From contig JARDVH010000121.1 in assembly GCA_030324005.1 (NCBI GenBank), forward strand, positions 9,546,670 to 9,610,669: 64,000 bases of DNA, read 5' to 3'. Shown piece after piece: positions 51,701 through 63,305 of the stretch. Under the pieces are notes generated by a model. That model saw only the letters and a list, made by a program, of their open reading frames with translations, searched no databases and was not told the DNA's origin. Both the position numbers and the translations under genes were made by a program. This DNA comes from Negaprion brevirostris. Lineage: Eukaryota. The stretch's first letter is position 1. The number at the start of each line of letters is the position of its first letter.

Positions 51701-54351
51701 ATTTAAAAAAAAGCCAAAGTCTCAGACACAAGGACACTTCTGCACAGTTCTCTGCTGCAAGGACTTTGAAAAGTTTATTCTTTATTGATAGAATAAATTC
51801 CTCCTCACCACAATAACACACTTGCGATTTTTTTTTCAGAGATAATGCCTTCTATTTCCCGGCAATTTTGCCAATTCTTTTAAGAATGCGATATGCTTGA
51901 ATGAAGACCACCTTGGCTTCTGTCAAATTTCAAGAAGTCCTAACATGATTAACCTTTCCTTGTCATACCATCGCTGCACATCTCAAATCACCCTGGCATA
52001 GCTTCTCGGAACAGCCACCAATAATGCATTACTTTTTTTATATATCAGGGGATGATAACAGCACACAATATTACCAATGCAGAGCTGCAGATAGATGTCG
52101 CCACTTTTTTTAAACCAACCACCTCAATGTAATGGCCAACATTCCAAGATTTTCATTGTGTAGCTGTTGTAGTTGTGTGAAACCGTTCTGTGGTCCATGC
52201 GCAAGTGTCCACAATTCATTTCGTGTAATAACATTCTGCAGCTTTTCTCTCTCTGAATTTCAGTAATACTCTGTTCGATATTAGTATCTTGTCAAATATC
52301 CTGAAGACTCTCAGATCTTTCAATGTGTTGCGAATTTTGCTGCAGTACCTTCACTTCCTTCCTCCAAATAATTTATATCTTCTAAAACGTTGTTGTTCCG
52401 GAGCGAATCAGTGCATAAACTCACTGGTAGCATGCCGNNNNNNNNNNNNNNNNNNNNNNNNNNNNNNNNNNNNNNNNNNNNNNNNNNNNNNNNNNNNNNN
52501 NNNNNNNNNNNNNNNNNNNNNNNNNNNNNNNNNNNNNAAAATAGATGAAGGATTTGAAAACTGTAATTTTACTTACGGGGATGAAACAGAATTCATTGGA
52601 TGTAAATGCATGGGTGAAATTCCTCTTGGAATTGCGCAATGCTTTTGGAAACAAATATTCAAAATAATTCGATATCTCCCTTGTTCATTAAGGAAACATA
52701 GTTCTGGCTTCCAATAACTCGATTCCCATATTTGAAAGTACACTCCCGATTTTTCATTACCAATTCCTGCTCCAAGATGTGGTGGAAACTGACAAGCACG
52801 ATAAAATTATGATAGTTTCAGCACGGTTTCTCTGGTCGTAGCGCTAAAAGTGCCAATAAATACAAAAATATTAAATACTAGCAAATTTCGTGTAACTGCA
52901 GTGAATACCACATCGGATCCAACTGACATGCACCGTCTCCTGAATATATTTAATACACTGGCTTCATCCACTTCCTGTGGTAATGAATTGCGCAGGTTCA
53001 CCACGCATTGTGTGAAGAAATGTCTCCTCATCTCCAGCCTAAATGGCCTACCCCGAAACATCAGAACATTCCCCCTTGATTTGTGCTCCTCTGCCATCGA
53101 GAACGTCGTCCTTGCAGCTCGCCTGTCTAGTTATATAAGAATTTCATTAGTCTGATGCGTTTTCTATTTCGATGGCTTTTGTTAGTCCATGCGTCCTCTC
53201 CCTCCTTCCTTTCAACACCTCCTTCCATGGATTGAAACATCTCTAATCCGCCAATGTGTGCCTGCGCTGAGGCCTTGTGGGCGTCTTCGGATGCTGACAC
53301 CAAAGAGCTCGGTCGAGCTGACATGTCAGCACCGCATTGCTGATAGTTATATTCGGATTTCACTTGTCTAGTGAGCGTACGTACAGCTAAATTAATTTAC
53401 ACTTTCCACATGTACTTTTTTTATTATTATTTCAAGCCTTTAAAGAATATGTTCCTCAGCATGCCTAAGTTACTCACGTCAGTTCTCGTTAGCAGTTCTT
53501 CATAAAATGTTTAATCAAGAATATTTACTTTTTGGTCGTATTTCTGTTATGGGAAGTTTGGATCAACTTGCGTTTTTCCAATTGTGCAAGTAAAACGATG
53601 ATTCTTGCTAATTTTTACTTCGTTTTTAAATTCATCCCATGATATAACTGTTGTGTCAGTAAACACGTTTTCAAAATATAGCTGATACTTTTGATATATT
53701 GGGTCCCTGTCCGTTCGTGCCTGATTTGCATCGATACCCTTCATAGCGGTTAAGAGAGCATACCTTTTCCGTTCAATAATATGATTGTGCGTTCTTTGGG
53801 TGCCAGGCTGAGCATGTGTAACAATTATTGCTGTGAACGTGGACCGCTTGCAAAATGTCATGCTATTAAATTTGTAGTGTGTCTGTTGGACTAAAGCTTT
53901 CGTGAAACTGAGGTGTTATGCACGCCCGTCACAGAGATTGTCCACCAGTTGCGAGACACAGTAGCATTCAAGCCTCTGCGGGAATGTTCCAATACTTACA
54001 GCGACTCAACAGTACTTTAACACCATGCTTTTTCTACNNNNNNNNNNCAAATATTCATCTTTCAAGGTTGGATTTATCTCGCCGCCTCATAGCTGTGCTG
54101 TACATTTCAAAGTATATATGTGTTGATATTTTTGTTGTATGTGATTACGTAGGTAGAACGTCCATGCGTTTTACATGACTCTATAGGTAGTCGTTTAACT
54201 TTCGAAGATGGATAATTATGTGAGTCAGATTGTGACCGTGGAAAGAATGAGTGTTGGTGTGACGTGTAATATTAGTATGCAGATGGTTAATTGAGATATG
54301 CTCATGCGCATTTTTTTTTGACGTGCGTTGATGAGATTCTCAATTACATTG

Positions 54352-54979
54352 GGATTTTTTTAATGGACATTCGGTGAGCACCTTGGAACGCTGTGGCTTG
54401 CTGAAGAGATTGGGATGGCGCCACCACAATAGGCGCAGAATATTGAGTTGAATAGGATGCTGGATTATTATTTAAGTAATTGCCTGAGGCAGAAACTGAA
54501 TGTTTCAATGTGCAAGACGAAATAATGTTGGACCTTAGCTGAATAGGGAAGTTATTTGGACAGTAGCTGACTTGGTGTGTTGGATATTAGTGTAGATTGG
54601 TACTTAGCTGGGTTGCGAGTTGCATGAATTGCAGAGTGATATGTAGCTGAATAGCTGAACAGAACGAGTTGACCAGGTAAATGTTTGCATCGCTTGTAGT
54701 GTTCTAATTCCTGTCTCTGGCAATGTTGCAACGTGATTAAACAAATTAACTTATTTGATACATCATTGGATCGACGACGAATATGCCTAGAAGAGAGGTA
54801 GATCTGTTTGGAAATGGGTTGTGCTCTTGAGCCAGTTGACGTTTGGTGAATGATTGTGGGAGGCAGTGAACAAGGAATGTTTGCAAGTTGTTTTCACTTG
54901 GCGAGCTGGCTTGTTTTGTGATTATTTTTTGATGTGGGAATGTGTGAAAGAGAATAATTAAGGATACAATATTGCCCAT
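54352..54979 (-). pseudogene. Ig light-chain/TCR-like V segment pseudogene: leader, V exon and degenerate RSS
   Basis: Leader-like MGNIVSLIILFHTF (54979 to about 54934; donor not canonical). A 321-nt V exon at 54396-54716 follows a CAG acceptor (ISLC...NLH*Y...SVSASGNYL...SA.YCG...SSAS). It is immediately followed by CACAGCG, 23 nt, and the A-rich CATTAAAAAAATCC. Confidence 0.42.
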
Positions 54980-55076
54980 CAGAGAGGCAGATCACATTTC
55001 TTTAGTTCTGTTTGTTTTAAAGCTATGAGCAAATTTTGTAATTACTTTTTCTCTGCCCTCCCGAAGTATGGTGCAG

Positions 55077-55084
55077 ATGCAAAC
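55077..55084 (-). promoter_or_regulatory. Octamer-like motif upstream of the V leader
   Basis: GTTTGCAT on the minus strand (1 mismatch to ATTTGCAT, the IgL orientation), about 100 nt upstream of the ATG at 54979. Confidence 0.3.
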
Positions 55085-55789
55085 ATTCTATTATTGTTTA
55101 ATGTGAAATACTTGACAAAGCAAGCAATGTGGGAGATGGATTACGTCACGTCTCCTATTCTTCAAAATCTATGTCCAACACGGTCACGAAGTATTGCATT
55201 TTGGGCTGCAGTAGAAAGCCACGGAGGAAATGGTGTTTTTTTTTTTAATAAACGTTACAGGGTTTTTTTCAGGCTCACTGGGCTTGGAAGTCCGGGCAAG
55301 TTGTACGTTTTGGAAAAAAAATGCTGCTATGGAAAGCTAACCAAAATGAGACGACTGCCAATTTTGCTTTGGCTTTCGACCGTAGGTTCGAAATTCTCTG
55401 AGGATCAGACTGTAGTGTCACTGATTGCTCTGGCATAGTCAGCATGTCTTTCTTCCGGGATGATCAAGTCTAAATAAGTGAATGTTTTTGTTTTTTTGGC
55501 AATTGCTCAGGAGGATTGCAGGTCACAGTGTAATGCACACAGCTGTTAAACGATTTGGTATGAAACTTGAGATGTTCCGTTCTCCCAGACTGAAAATAAA
55601 TCAAATTTAATTTTAAGCAATGTATCGGCGGATGTAGGAGCGAGTTTTTGGTCCCTGACCAGATGAAAACTGATGAAAGGTTTTACGACTGGAATTTTAC
55701 GTAGGTCAGTATATATATATATTGCTTGTTCTACATATAAGTGTGATGAATGTACTATATACATATATATACATATATATATATGTATA

Positions 55790-56330
55790 CAATATCACAA
55801 ATGACCACATTGTTGGTACAGAGAGGCAAACAGCTGACTCAAGAATGACTGAGTGAGCAGGAAGTTGGGAAATGGAGTTCAATGAAAAGCAACATCTTAT
55901 TGAACATATTTGCGAAGAGAAAACTATACAGAGGAATGCTCAATCAGTTGAAACATTTTAAATGGATATTCTGAAGAGACAGACAATTGAATCAATATAG
56001 GTTATTGTGTAAAATTTGCAGGACACGTTGATCAGCCGCTCAAAGAAAACATTACTCTTGTTTGTTGGCAAAATGTCCAATGCAAGTCAGTATGTGTTGA
56101 TGCAACAATGCCCATCATTTTTGAAGGCCTTAGCAGCAGTTTCATGAACGTTTTTGGATATAACATTATTTGGAAGAATTAACACCATTAACTAGCACAC
56201 GCAAGTGTGATTTCTAAACTTAAAATGTGTACCTCCTTAGAAAAATTGGTTATGCTTGGCTGCCTAATTCAGGATTGAAGAGGGCTGTGCAAAAATATTT
56301 GCGCTGTACAAAGTTATATGTTATGAAAAA
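55790..56330 (+). mobile_element. Highly decayed CR1 RT fragment
   Basis: L.E*A.SWEMEFN (gactgagtgagcaggaagttgggaaatggagttcaatg). Confidence 0.55.
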
Positions 56331-56509
56331 AACGATTAACAGGCAAGATATCACACCACTCTCTCTCCCCCCACCCCCACCCCCAACCCTTCATCCCAAC
56401 GCGTTTGAGAAATCAATTGTCAGAGAGGATGGATGGAAGGTCATCTGTTGAGGGAAAGGAAGGGTAAGGTGTCAAAACTCGTGGCCAGTATCGGTCCCAC
56501 GTGATTTTC

Positions 56510-58445
56510 ATTGCCTATCCTGCTGGCTAATTTTGGAAAGTGAGCTGATTTAAAATGGTGCCACGGGCTGACGTACAATAGTTTGTATGACTGTGGACCA
56601 GGAGATGTGAAAACGTTGATTTGGGAAATGTTTGCTGGTACAAGGGCAATAGGATCATCACGCTCATTCTCCAAAGTAGATTCCTTACAGTTCCATAGTT
56701 GTAGGTTTGCAACCGAACGCCCTCGCCTAAAATGAATTGTCTCTTCATTATTAGATCAAATGGTAAGGTGAGGACCTTGGTTATTTTACTGAACGTTCTC
56801 CCTGTCCTTCAATATTCTATTTGTTTGGTGCCCAACATTGTTGCAGTTTATGTCAGTACAGCAAAATAAGATGTGTAGGCTATGTAAGCTGAAACCATGA
56901 ATTTGAACAACTCGCTTTCAGGCTTTCATTGCCAGCAATTTGCTCGCACGTGGCAATCCCATCTAGTAATTGATAGCTGACTTCCTACTCTCCTCAACAC
57001 CCCATAGCTCTTCGGGTAATTACCCAACAAATTTTGAAATGTTCTTTGCCCGTTGTATTTTTTTTTCTAGGCTGAAAACTGAGCTCCTAGTGCAATATTG
57101 ACTTCCATCCAACGATTTTTGCTGCATTGCTCCCGAATATAACTGTGCAATGGAAATTGTATCACGTTCTAACTCGCATATTTCTAAATGAAAAGATTGA
57201 AAATGTTTTCCAAATGTACTCAATTGTCGTTCAAAAGTGCAACAGAAACTGGTTGCTTCAAGCTTTCTCTCTACTGTTCTTATCAATCCATTGACAGGAA
57301 AGATTAACATTTGGCATCCTGTCTGTTTTCCGCTGTCGCAATCATCCCAGATTGAGGGTAAATCTCATGTTGGTGCATTCTTTGGATTCCTGCCAAAGGA
57401 AACAAGGGTGTTGGAGGTACTTAATTGTCGGGGCTCTGGAGAAAGAAATTATTAAAACAAAATATCCTCCTGGAAGAGGTTTTACAACACAATGTGAGGC
57501 TGGAGATCGTTTGGAGGCAAAAGGAGTGTGCCAACAATAAGCAACCAAATTATTGTGTTTCTTAGCACATTTGTCTCTTTGAAATACAAACTGTCCATAT
57601 TTTAACTGCATTTTGTTCCGTATGACCTTTTCAGGAATGATAAATGTCTGTCTTCAGATTCAGCATACCATAGGCATGCCCGTCATTGAGCAAATAGTCA
57701 TCGTGTTTCATTGGAGTGAAAAATGAACTGTTCAATTTCTCTCGGTGCTTTGTGCAACAATTAGGGAGCGCAATTCTGATTGTAGGATGCTGGTAACTTC
57801 CAAATGCAAATACCATTTTCGCTGAGCCATGGAGAAGGGGAGACTTGCCATATAAATGAAGTATTGCAAGGATGAAACTGTGTCAGAAAGCTGACAAATC
57901 ATTTAATATTAATGTCGAATGGCAGAATTACTGAAGTGGCACATTGCTGGCATGGGGGGTGGGGGGTGCGGGGTGGCGGGCATGGCGACTTTAGCAAGAT
58001 TTGTAGAGAGAAAACCAATACTGAATTCCACGGAACCAAGATTAACATGGCGAAGCAAATGTTTTGCAGGATGGATCGTGTACCATGAAAAAAAAAACAT
58101 TTCATACGTCATTCACGATTATTGCAAAGTGGGGGCTTCTACTTCCTCGCTCAAGATATACATGTCCAGTGATTCCTTTTCAGAGGAAAAAACAAGTACT
58201 GTTTAACTTAAAAGAATGGTGCCTGCAGTTGCCTGGAGTCTCGCTTGTGGCGGCGGCTGCGCACAGTGTACTGTACTGATCACAAATAGCGCCAAACATT
58301 GAGATGAATGGATCTTTGAGTGCCTGCTATTTTTTTATTTACATCAGTTGCAGAAAATGAGACAATCGGTTCTAACAGCTCTGGTTTTGAAACACCGTCA
58401 GATGTTGCTGCAAGGGCCAAACAAAACGACGGCTATGTGGCGTGA
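56510..58445 (+). pseudogene. Decayed germline-joined VJ-C1-TM receptor gene
   Basis: VJ about 56510-56851: TIVC...NVCWYKG...RF...LSL...EDLG.FY*...LFGA.TLL, GTCAGT donor. C1 57298-57619: GFLPKETRV...GRGFTT...LLCFLAHLSL. TM-like 58070-58195 (FTIIAKWGLLL). Open terminal exon 58354-58445 (NETIGS...KQNDGYVA*). Confidence 0.5.
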
Positions 58446-59802
58446 ACAAAGGATTAAGAGGATCATGCTGAGCACAGTGACGATGCGGCATTTAGCATAA
58501 CTGAATCTGTCACAGCTGGCTGAAAAGTGAAATGTTTGTCGTGCAATGAAACAGGGACCAAATGATGGCAAAGACTTTTATTTCTCACCAGTACCATATT
58601 TGTGGACAGGAACTACTGTACGGAAATGCAATACAATGCTAATGGGCGTGCAAGTTTCTGTGACAATAAATTTCATGTATCATTCTGTGGTTATGTACGG
58701 ACTGCTTCATGAGTTAGACTGCAGATTTGTTAGAAGGTTCACCATTGTCGCAGCCTCAAGGGCAACCGCGGATACATAGTCGAGATGGTGTAGACAATGA
58801 AACAACATTCCAATCAAATTCTAAGAAAATATTGAGCATCTTGCAGTGAGTTACTTGCCAAATTATTAGCATATCCACAAATCGTTTGTCAACGAAAATC
58901 AATGAATCCATGACGTTTCACAGATCCTCGAGAGGCAGGGTTTGCATCAGCCGGATTGTGATTGATGGATATGTGTTTCAATTATGTCTAATGGTTAATT
59001 TGTTGCACATACGCTCTGCTGGGAAATCTCTGAGCGGGAATAGAAACATTAATAGGCCGAAATATATTTAACTCTCTGATTGATCATCTGACCTGTGATC
59101 AACGTGGCACAAAAATAGGTGTTTCTTATCTTTTCCAGTGCTTTTTTTTTCATGATACTCGCATCCTCATTGATTCTCAGGTGTCGTAATTGTTTGCTAC
59201 AACGGCCCCTCCCCATTTCATCAATGACATTATTTGTTCAATGTTGTCAAGTGGTATCATCAGACTGCATGGCTACATACATTTCCAAGTAATGCAGGAA
59301 GCAGAGTCGCATAGAAAGATAATGTTGGTCAATCGCCATCAAAACAGCAAGAGCAAGAAAGGAGACTGGACTGCAGAAGGTGACCTTAAGCAGCACGGAT
59401 AAGTGAGCATGAGTACAGGCATATGTTCAGATAATAGTTTCTCAATCAAATAAATAATCATCTAGTAGAACGCTTACATCTCACGCTCTACATATGTAAT
59501 ATAAAATCGAAAACCACGGGCGCTTATTAGAGAATGGATTTACGACTANNNNNNNNNNNNNNNNNNNNNNNNNNNNNNNNNNNNNNNNNNNNNNNNNNNN
59601 NNNNNNNNNNNNNNNNNNNNNNNNNNNNNNNNNNNNNNNNNNNNNNNNNNNNNNNNNNNNNNNNNNNNNNNNNNNNNNNNNNNNNNNNNNNNNNNNNNNN
59701 NNNNNNNNNNNNNNNNNNNNNNNNNNNNNNNNNNNNNNNNNNNNNNNNNNNNNNNNNNNNNNNNNNNNNNNNNNNNNNNNNNNNNNNNNNNNNNNNNNNN
59801 NN

Positions 59803-59928
59803 AAGAGTTGTGGGGAGAGGGTGGGAAAGTGGAACTGAGACACCATAGGTCAGCCATGATCTTATTGAATGGCGGGGCAGGCTCGAAGGGCGAGATGGCC
59901 GACTCCTGCTCCTATTTCTTATGTGCTA
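59803..59928 (+). mobile_element. Young CR1 3' tail adjoining a gap
   Basis: gggaaagtggaactgagacacc...tcagccatgatcttattgaatggcggggcaggctcgaaggg...ctcctatttcttatg. Confidence 0.9.
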
Positions 59929-61249
59929 ATGAATGACACCTCCAGCAGTATTCACATGCGTTAGACGAGGACATGAAGGGAGCTATTACTGAACAGTAGT
60001 CCTGCTCGTTTCCTTGCACTTTATTGTGTTGTGGCATCGACGAAGTGTATTCACTTTTTAATGCCAATTGCTGCAAAGGTTACCTGGAGGAGTAGTCACT
60101 AAGTTTATGTTGGTCAAAAAAAAAATCAAAAAAAGGGGCTTGGAGGAATGAAAGGTGTTCAGAATTCAAGACTTCAACGCAATGTGACGCCTTTAGGCAG
60201 TTGACGTCCGGCGCTTACCGCTTTACGTCAAGGTAATTCTTCGAATGTTAGTAAACATTAGGCTGCATTTACAAAATTACAATTGCAAATGTTCTTGTCC
60301 TTCATTCCCGGCTACACACTCGTCAGCGTCCCTGCAAACGAGAGCATTCGAATGCGGTACTCTCTATTGGCCTCTAAAAATCTTTGGTCATTTTATGGTG
60401 TCAGAAACATCTGATGAAATTATGCTGGACAAATTCAGTTAAAAAAAAATGACCTTTTTTTTCCGGTGGATTTGAAACTAGTGTTCTACTCAGCTTTGTG
60501 TTTTCATAACGTCATTTTTTTCTACATTCCTGCTTCAAATCAGATGTTTTGTTTCCTGTCTGACCCGTGAATATAAACTCGCCATTGTTTTCAATGAATA
60601 TTCCACCGAATATCGCCGATAACTCTTTAATTTCGTACATAATCAATACAAAAATGGGGAGTGTGGCCATCATCGGACAAAAAGAAATCGAGATATTTGT
60701 TTTTTTTTTCAGTAAGCAATGATGCTGCAGGGAAGTTCCGTGAAAATAAATAACCCTAATATCAATCCTGCTTTGGGATATGTGGAAAATTTGTGCCAGT
60801 TTTGAATGTACAAAATGGAGAGGGAAAAAAAAAACATATTCTCACGTTTTAATATGATAACAATTTAAAAAAAGAGATGCAATAAACAATATCGTGTAGA
60901 CCATACCACCAAAATTGCAACCACAAAGCGGAAAACTTTGGAAAATTACGTTGAGGGCAGGACAAACTGAAAGTTCATACTAGTATTGCAAATGAAGAGG
61001 ATTGTTCAGGATTGTTTAGGGGATAAGCAACAACGCATAATGGTTTTCTTTCGAAAAGTGCATCCTACGCCAATAAAGTCACTTAATGCTGGGAATACTA
61101 CTTCTAGTTAATTCTGATCATATCTGAATACAGGTAGTTCTCTTTCAGCTGGCATTATCTTGCTTTTTGCTCTTGTTTTGAAGAATGACGGGCAAAACGT
61201 TAAAACAAAACCTCAACTCACGTTGGACTGCGGACAACTGATTAGTTCG

Positions 61250-61810
61250 GATGGAGGATTGAATGAGCAAAATAAAACTGAAGGTCGTGAAAAAATGTAT
61301 GATATTCTAGTTGGCAAGATGTAACTGATGTGTTACCAAAGGGTTCTTCCCTCTTTCCCTAGCTATTTAAATTTCGCATTAATTAATTGCATAAAGACAT
61401 GCGAGGTGACGCAGCTGGCTTTGCAGCTGACACTAAATTTGGTGGGGCAGGATGTTCCGATGATGAAGTAAAAAAAAGTTTAGAGAGTGTGGGAAATTTT
61501 GAAATTGGAAGTTCAATGTCGATAAGGGTGAACTTATCGATTTGGTTTAGAAACTGCAAAGGCATATTATTATCCAAGTGGAATTTGGGAACCCGATTTT
61601 GCAATGTGATGCAAGGGCCTTCGCGATTGAATGACACAAATGTGTCAACGAATAAATCAAAAGAAGTGATTTGGTTTTGCGTCTCCACGTAATCTTAGTG
61701 GGGTGGGAATTAGAATATCCTGTAAATTTTTGCTCCTCTTACTTGAGGAAGGATATAGTTGCCTTGGACGTGGTTCAGGAGAAGTTCACTAGGTTGATCC
61801 CAGAGTTGAG
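61250..61810 (+). mobile_element. Decayed CR1 RT fragment
   Basis: VLPKGS..-like coding, FAADTKFGG, and .RRFTRLIP.L. Confidence 0.75.
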
Positions 61811-61814
61811 TGTG

Positions 61815-61972
61815 TTTGGCACGTGAGAGGAAACAGGAGCAACTGGAGGAAACCCACGCAGACATGGACAGAAAGTGAAAACTGCACACAGACAGTGACT
61901 GGAGGTGGGAATTGATCCCGGATCCCTGGTACTCTGGGGCAGCAGGGATAACCACTGTGCTGTCATGCCTCC
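61815..61972 (-). mobile_element. HE1 V-SINE 5' half
   Basis: Reverse: ggcatgacagcacagtggttatccctgctgccccagagtaccagggatccgggatcaattccc...tgcgtgggtttcctccagttgctcc. Confidence 0.9.
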
Positions 61973-62894
61973 CCGGTAACTCTCCTCGTGCTTTCCTTCA
62001 TTATCAATCAATTGGCTACTTCAAAATCCCACACCAACTATGCCATGTGTAATCTTTCCCTACAGGGTAAACGGCCGCCAAAATAAAATTATCTTAGCAG
62101 AAATTCTGGGCATTCGACCGACGTTTATCTCAGTTGTTCAAAGAAATTTTTTAAATGTAAGGTTCCATGCTGCTATAAGTTGTTCCTCCAAATATTTGCC
62201 TACCATTTTGATGCTAAAGTTAACAAGTCGAAAGGCTATTTAACATGCCTTTTTGTTTCATCCATAAGCTAATTCGAGATGTATACTTAACCGGAATACA
62301 ATGATAATTTCAGTGTATTGTTCAAAATGATATGAGCAAAAAGGCAGATTCTGAGGCATTGCCCACTGTGTCAAGCCATATCCAAATTATAATCCATGAT
62401 CCATGTGCCTATCGACTATTGGCATTAACAACGGGAAAAATGCAATCCACACAATGACATACGGAATTTATTAAAGTGCCACATCAAATTGTGTTTCAAA
62501 TATTCATTTTGTTAGAACCGTCAAAATGCTAGTAAGTTGATTTTTTTTCTTTTGCAGAACAAAAAATCCCCCTTCAATTGGAAGGTAAAATATAATTCCT
62601 CGACGTCAATATTTGTATTGTTCCCATGATTCTGAGCCATGTGAGATCTTTCTCTGTCGTATGACTCACTCAATACACAATAGAGTGCCCCCCAAGCGTG
62701 TCAATAGCAGGGATGGTGNNNNNNNNNNGGTGAACAGAAAAAAAAAATCCCGAGCGTCAAAGTCAGCAGCAGTTCCTAACCACTCATTTGAATTTCATCC
62801 TCAATTTGCCGAATTTCTGGCACAGCTCCAACAACACTCAAGACGCTTGACACCATCCATGGCAAAGAGTCCCGCTGGATTGGCATGACACCTA

Positions 62895-63305
62895 AAATTA
62901 TTCAGTCCCTCTACCAGCCAAGCTCAGAGGCAGCAGTGTGTACTGTCTGCAGGATGCACTGCAACAATTCGCCAAAGATTCTTCTGCAGCACCTTCGAAG
63001 TCCACTGCCACTATCATCTCGAACGAAAAGCAGATAAATGGCAACACCGGCACCAGCCAGGTCCCCTCTACGCCACTTATCATTCAAACTCGGAAATATA
63101 TCGTCATTACTTTGCAGTCTCTAGATCGAAACCTTGCAGTTTCCTCCCTAACGGTGTTGTGGGTCAGTCCACATCGCACGGACGGCAATGATTCAAGAAG
63201 GCAGCTCACCAGCACTTTCTGAAGGGCATCTAGGGATGGGCAATACAAACTGGTCAACCATCACCCCCTCCCCCGCCCCATATCCCACGAATGATTAAAA
63301 AAAAA
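62895..63305 (+). mobile_element. LINE 3' tail
   Basis: gcaggatgcactgcaacaattcgccaa...aaggcagctcaccagcac...tagggatgggcaata...atcccacgaatgattaaaaaaa. Confidence 0.85.

Larger units (their letters stand above)
44745..53272. repeat. Tandem segmental duplication, unit at least about 3.8 kb, at least 3 diverged copies
   Basis: Block A at about 44745-45695, 47387-48773 and 51212-52437. Block B at about 45797-47386, 49690-51211 and 52538-53272. The copies align by eye with scattered substitutions and indels. Confidence 0.95.

Noticed and set aside
59180-59440. VKWYHQ motif suggesting another V domain
   Set aside because: No flanking Ig motifs are present. Neighbouring FIND.. and Q.DL-like residues fit an eroded LINE RT better.
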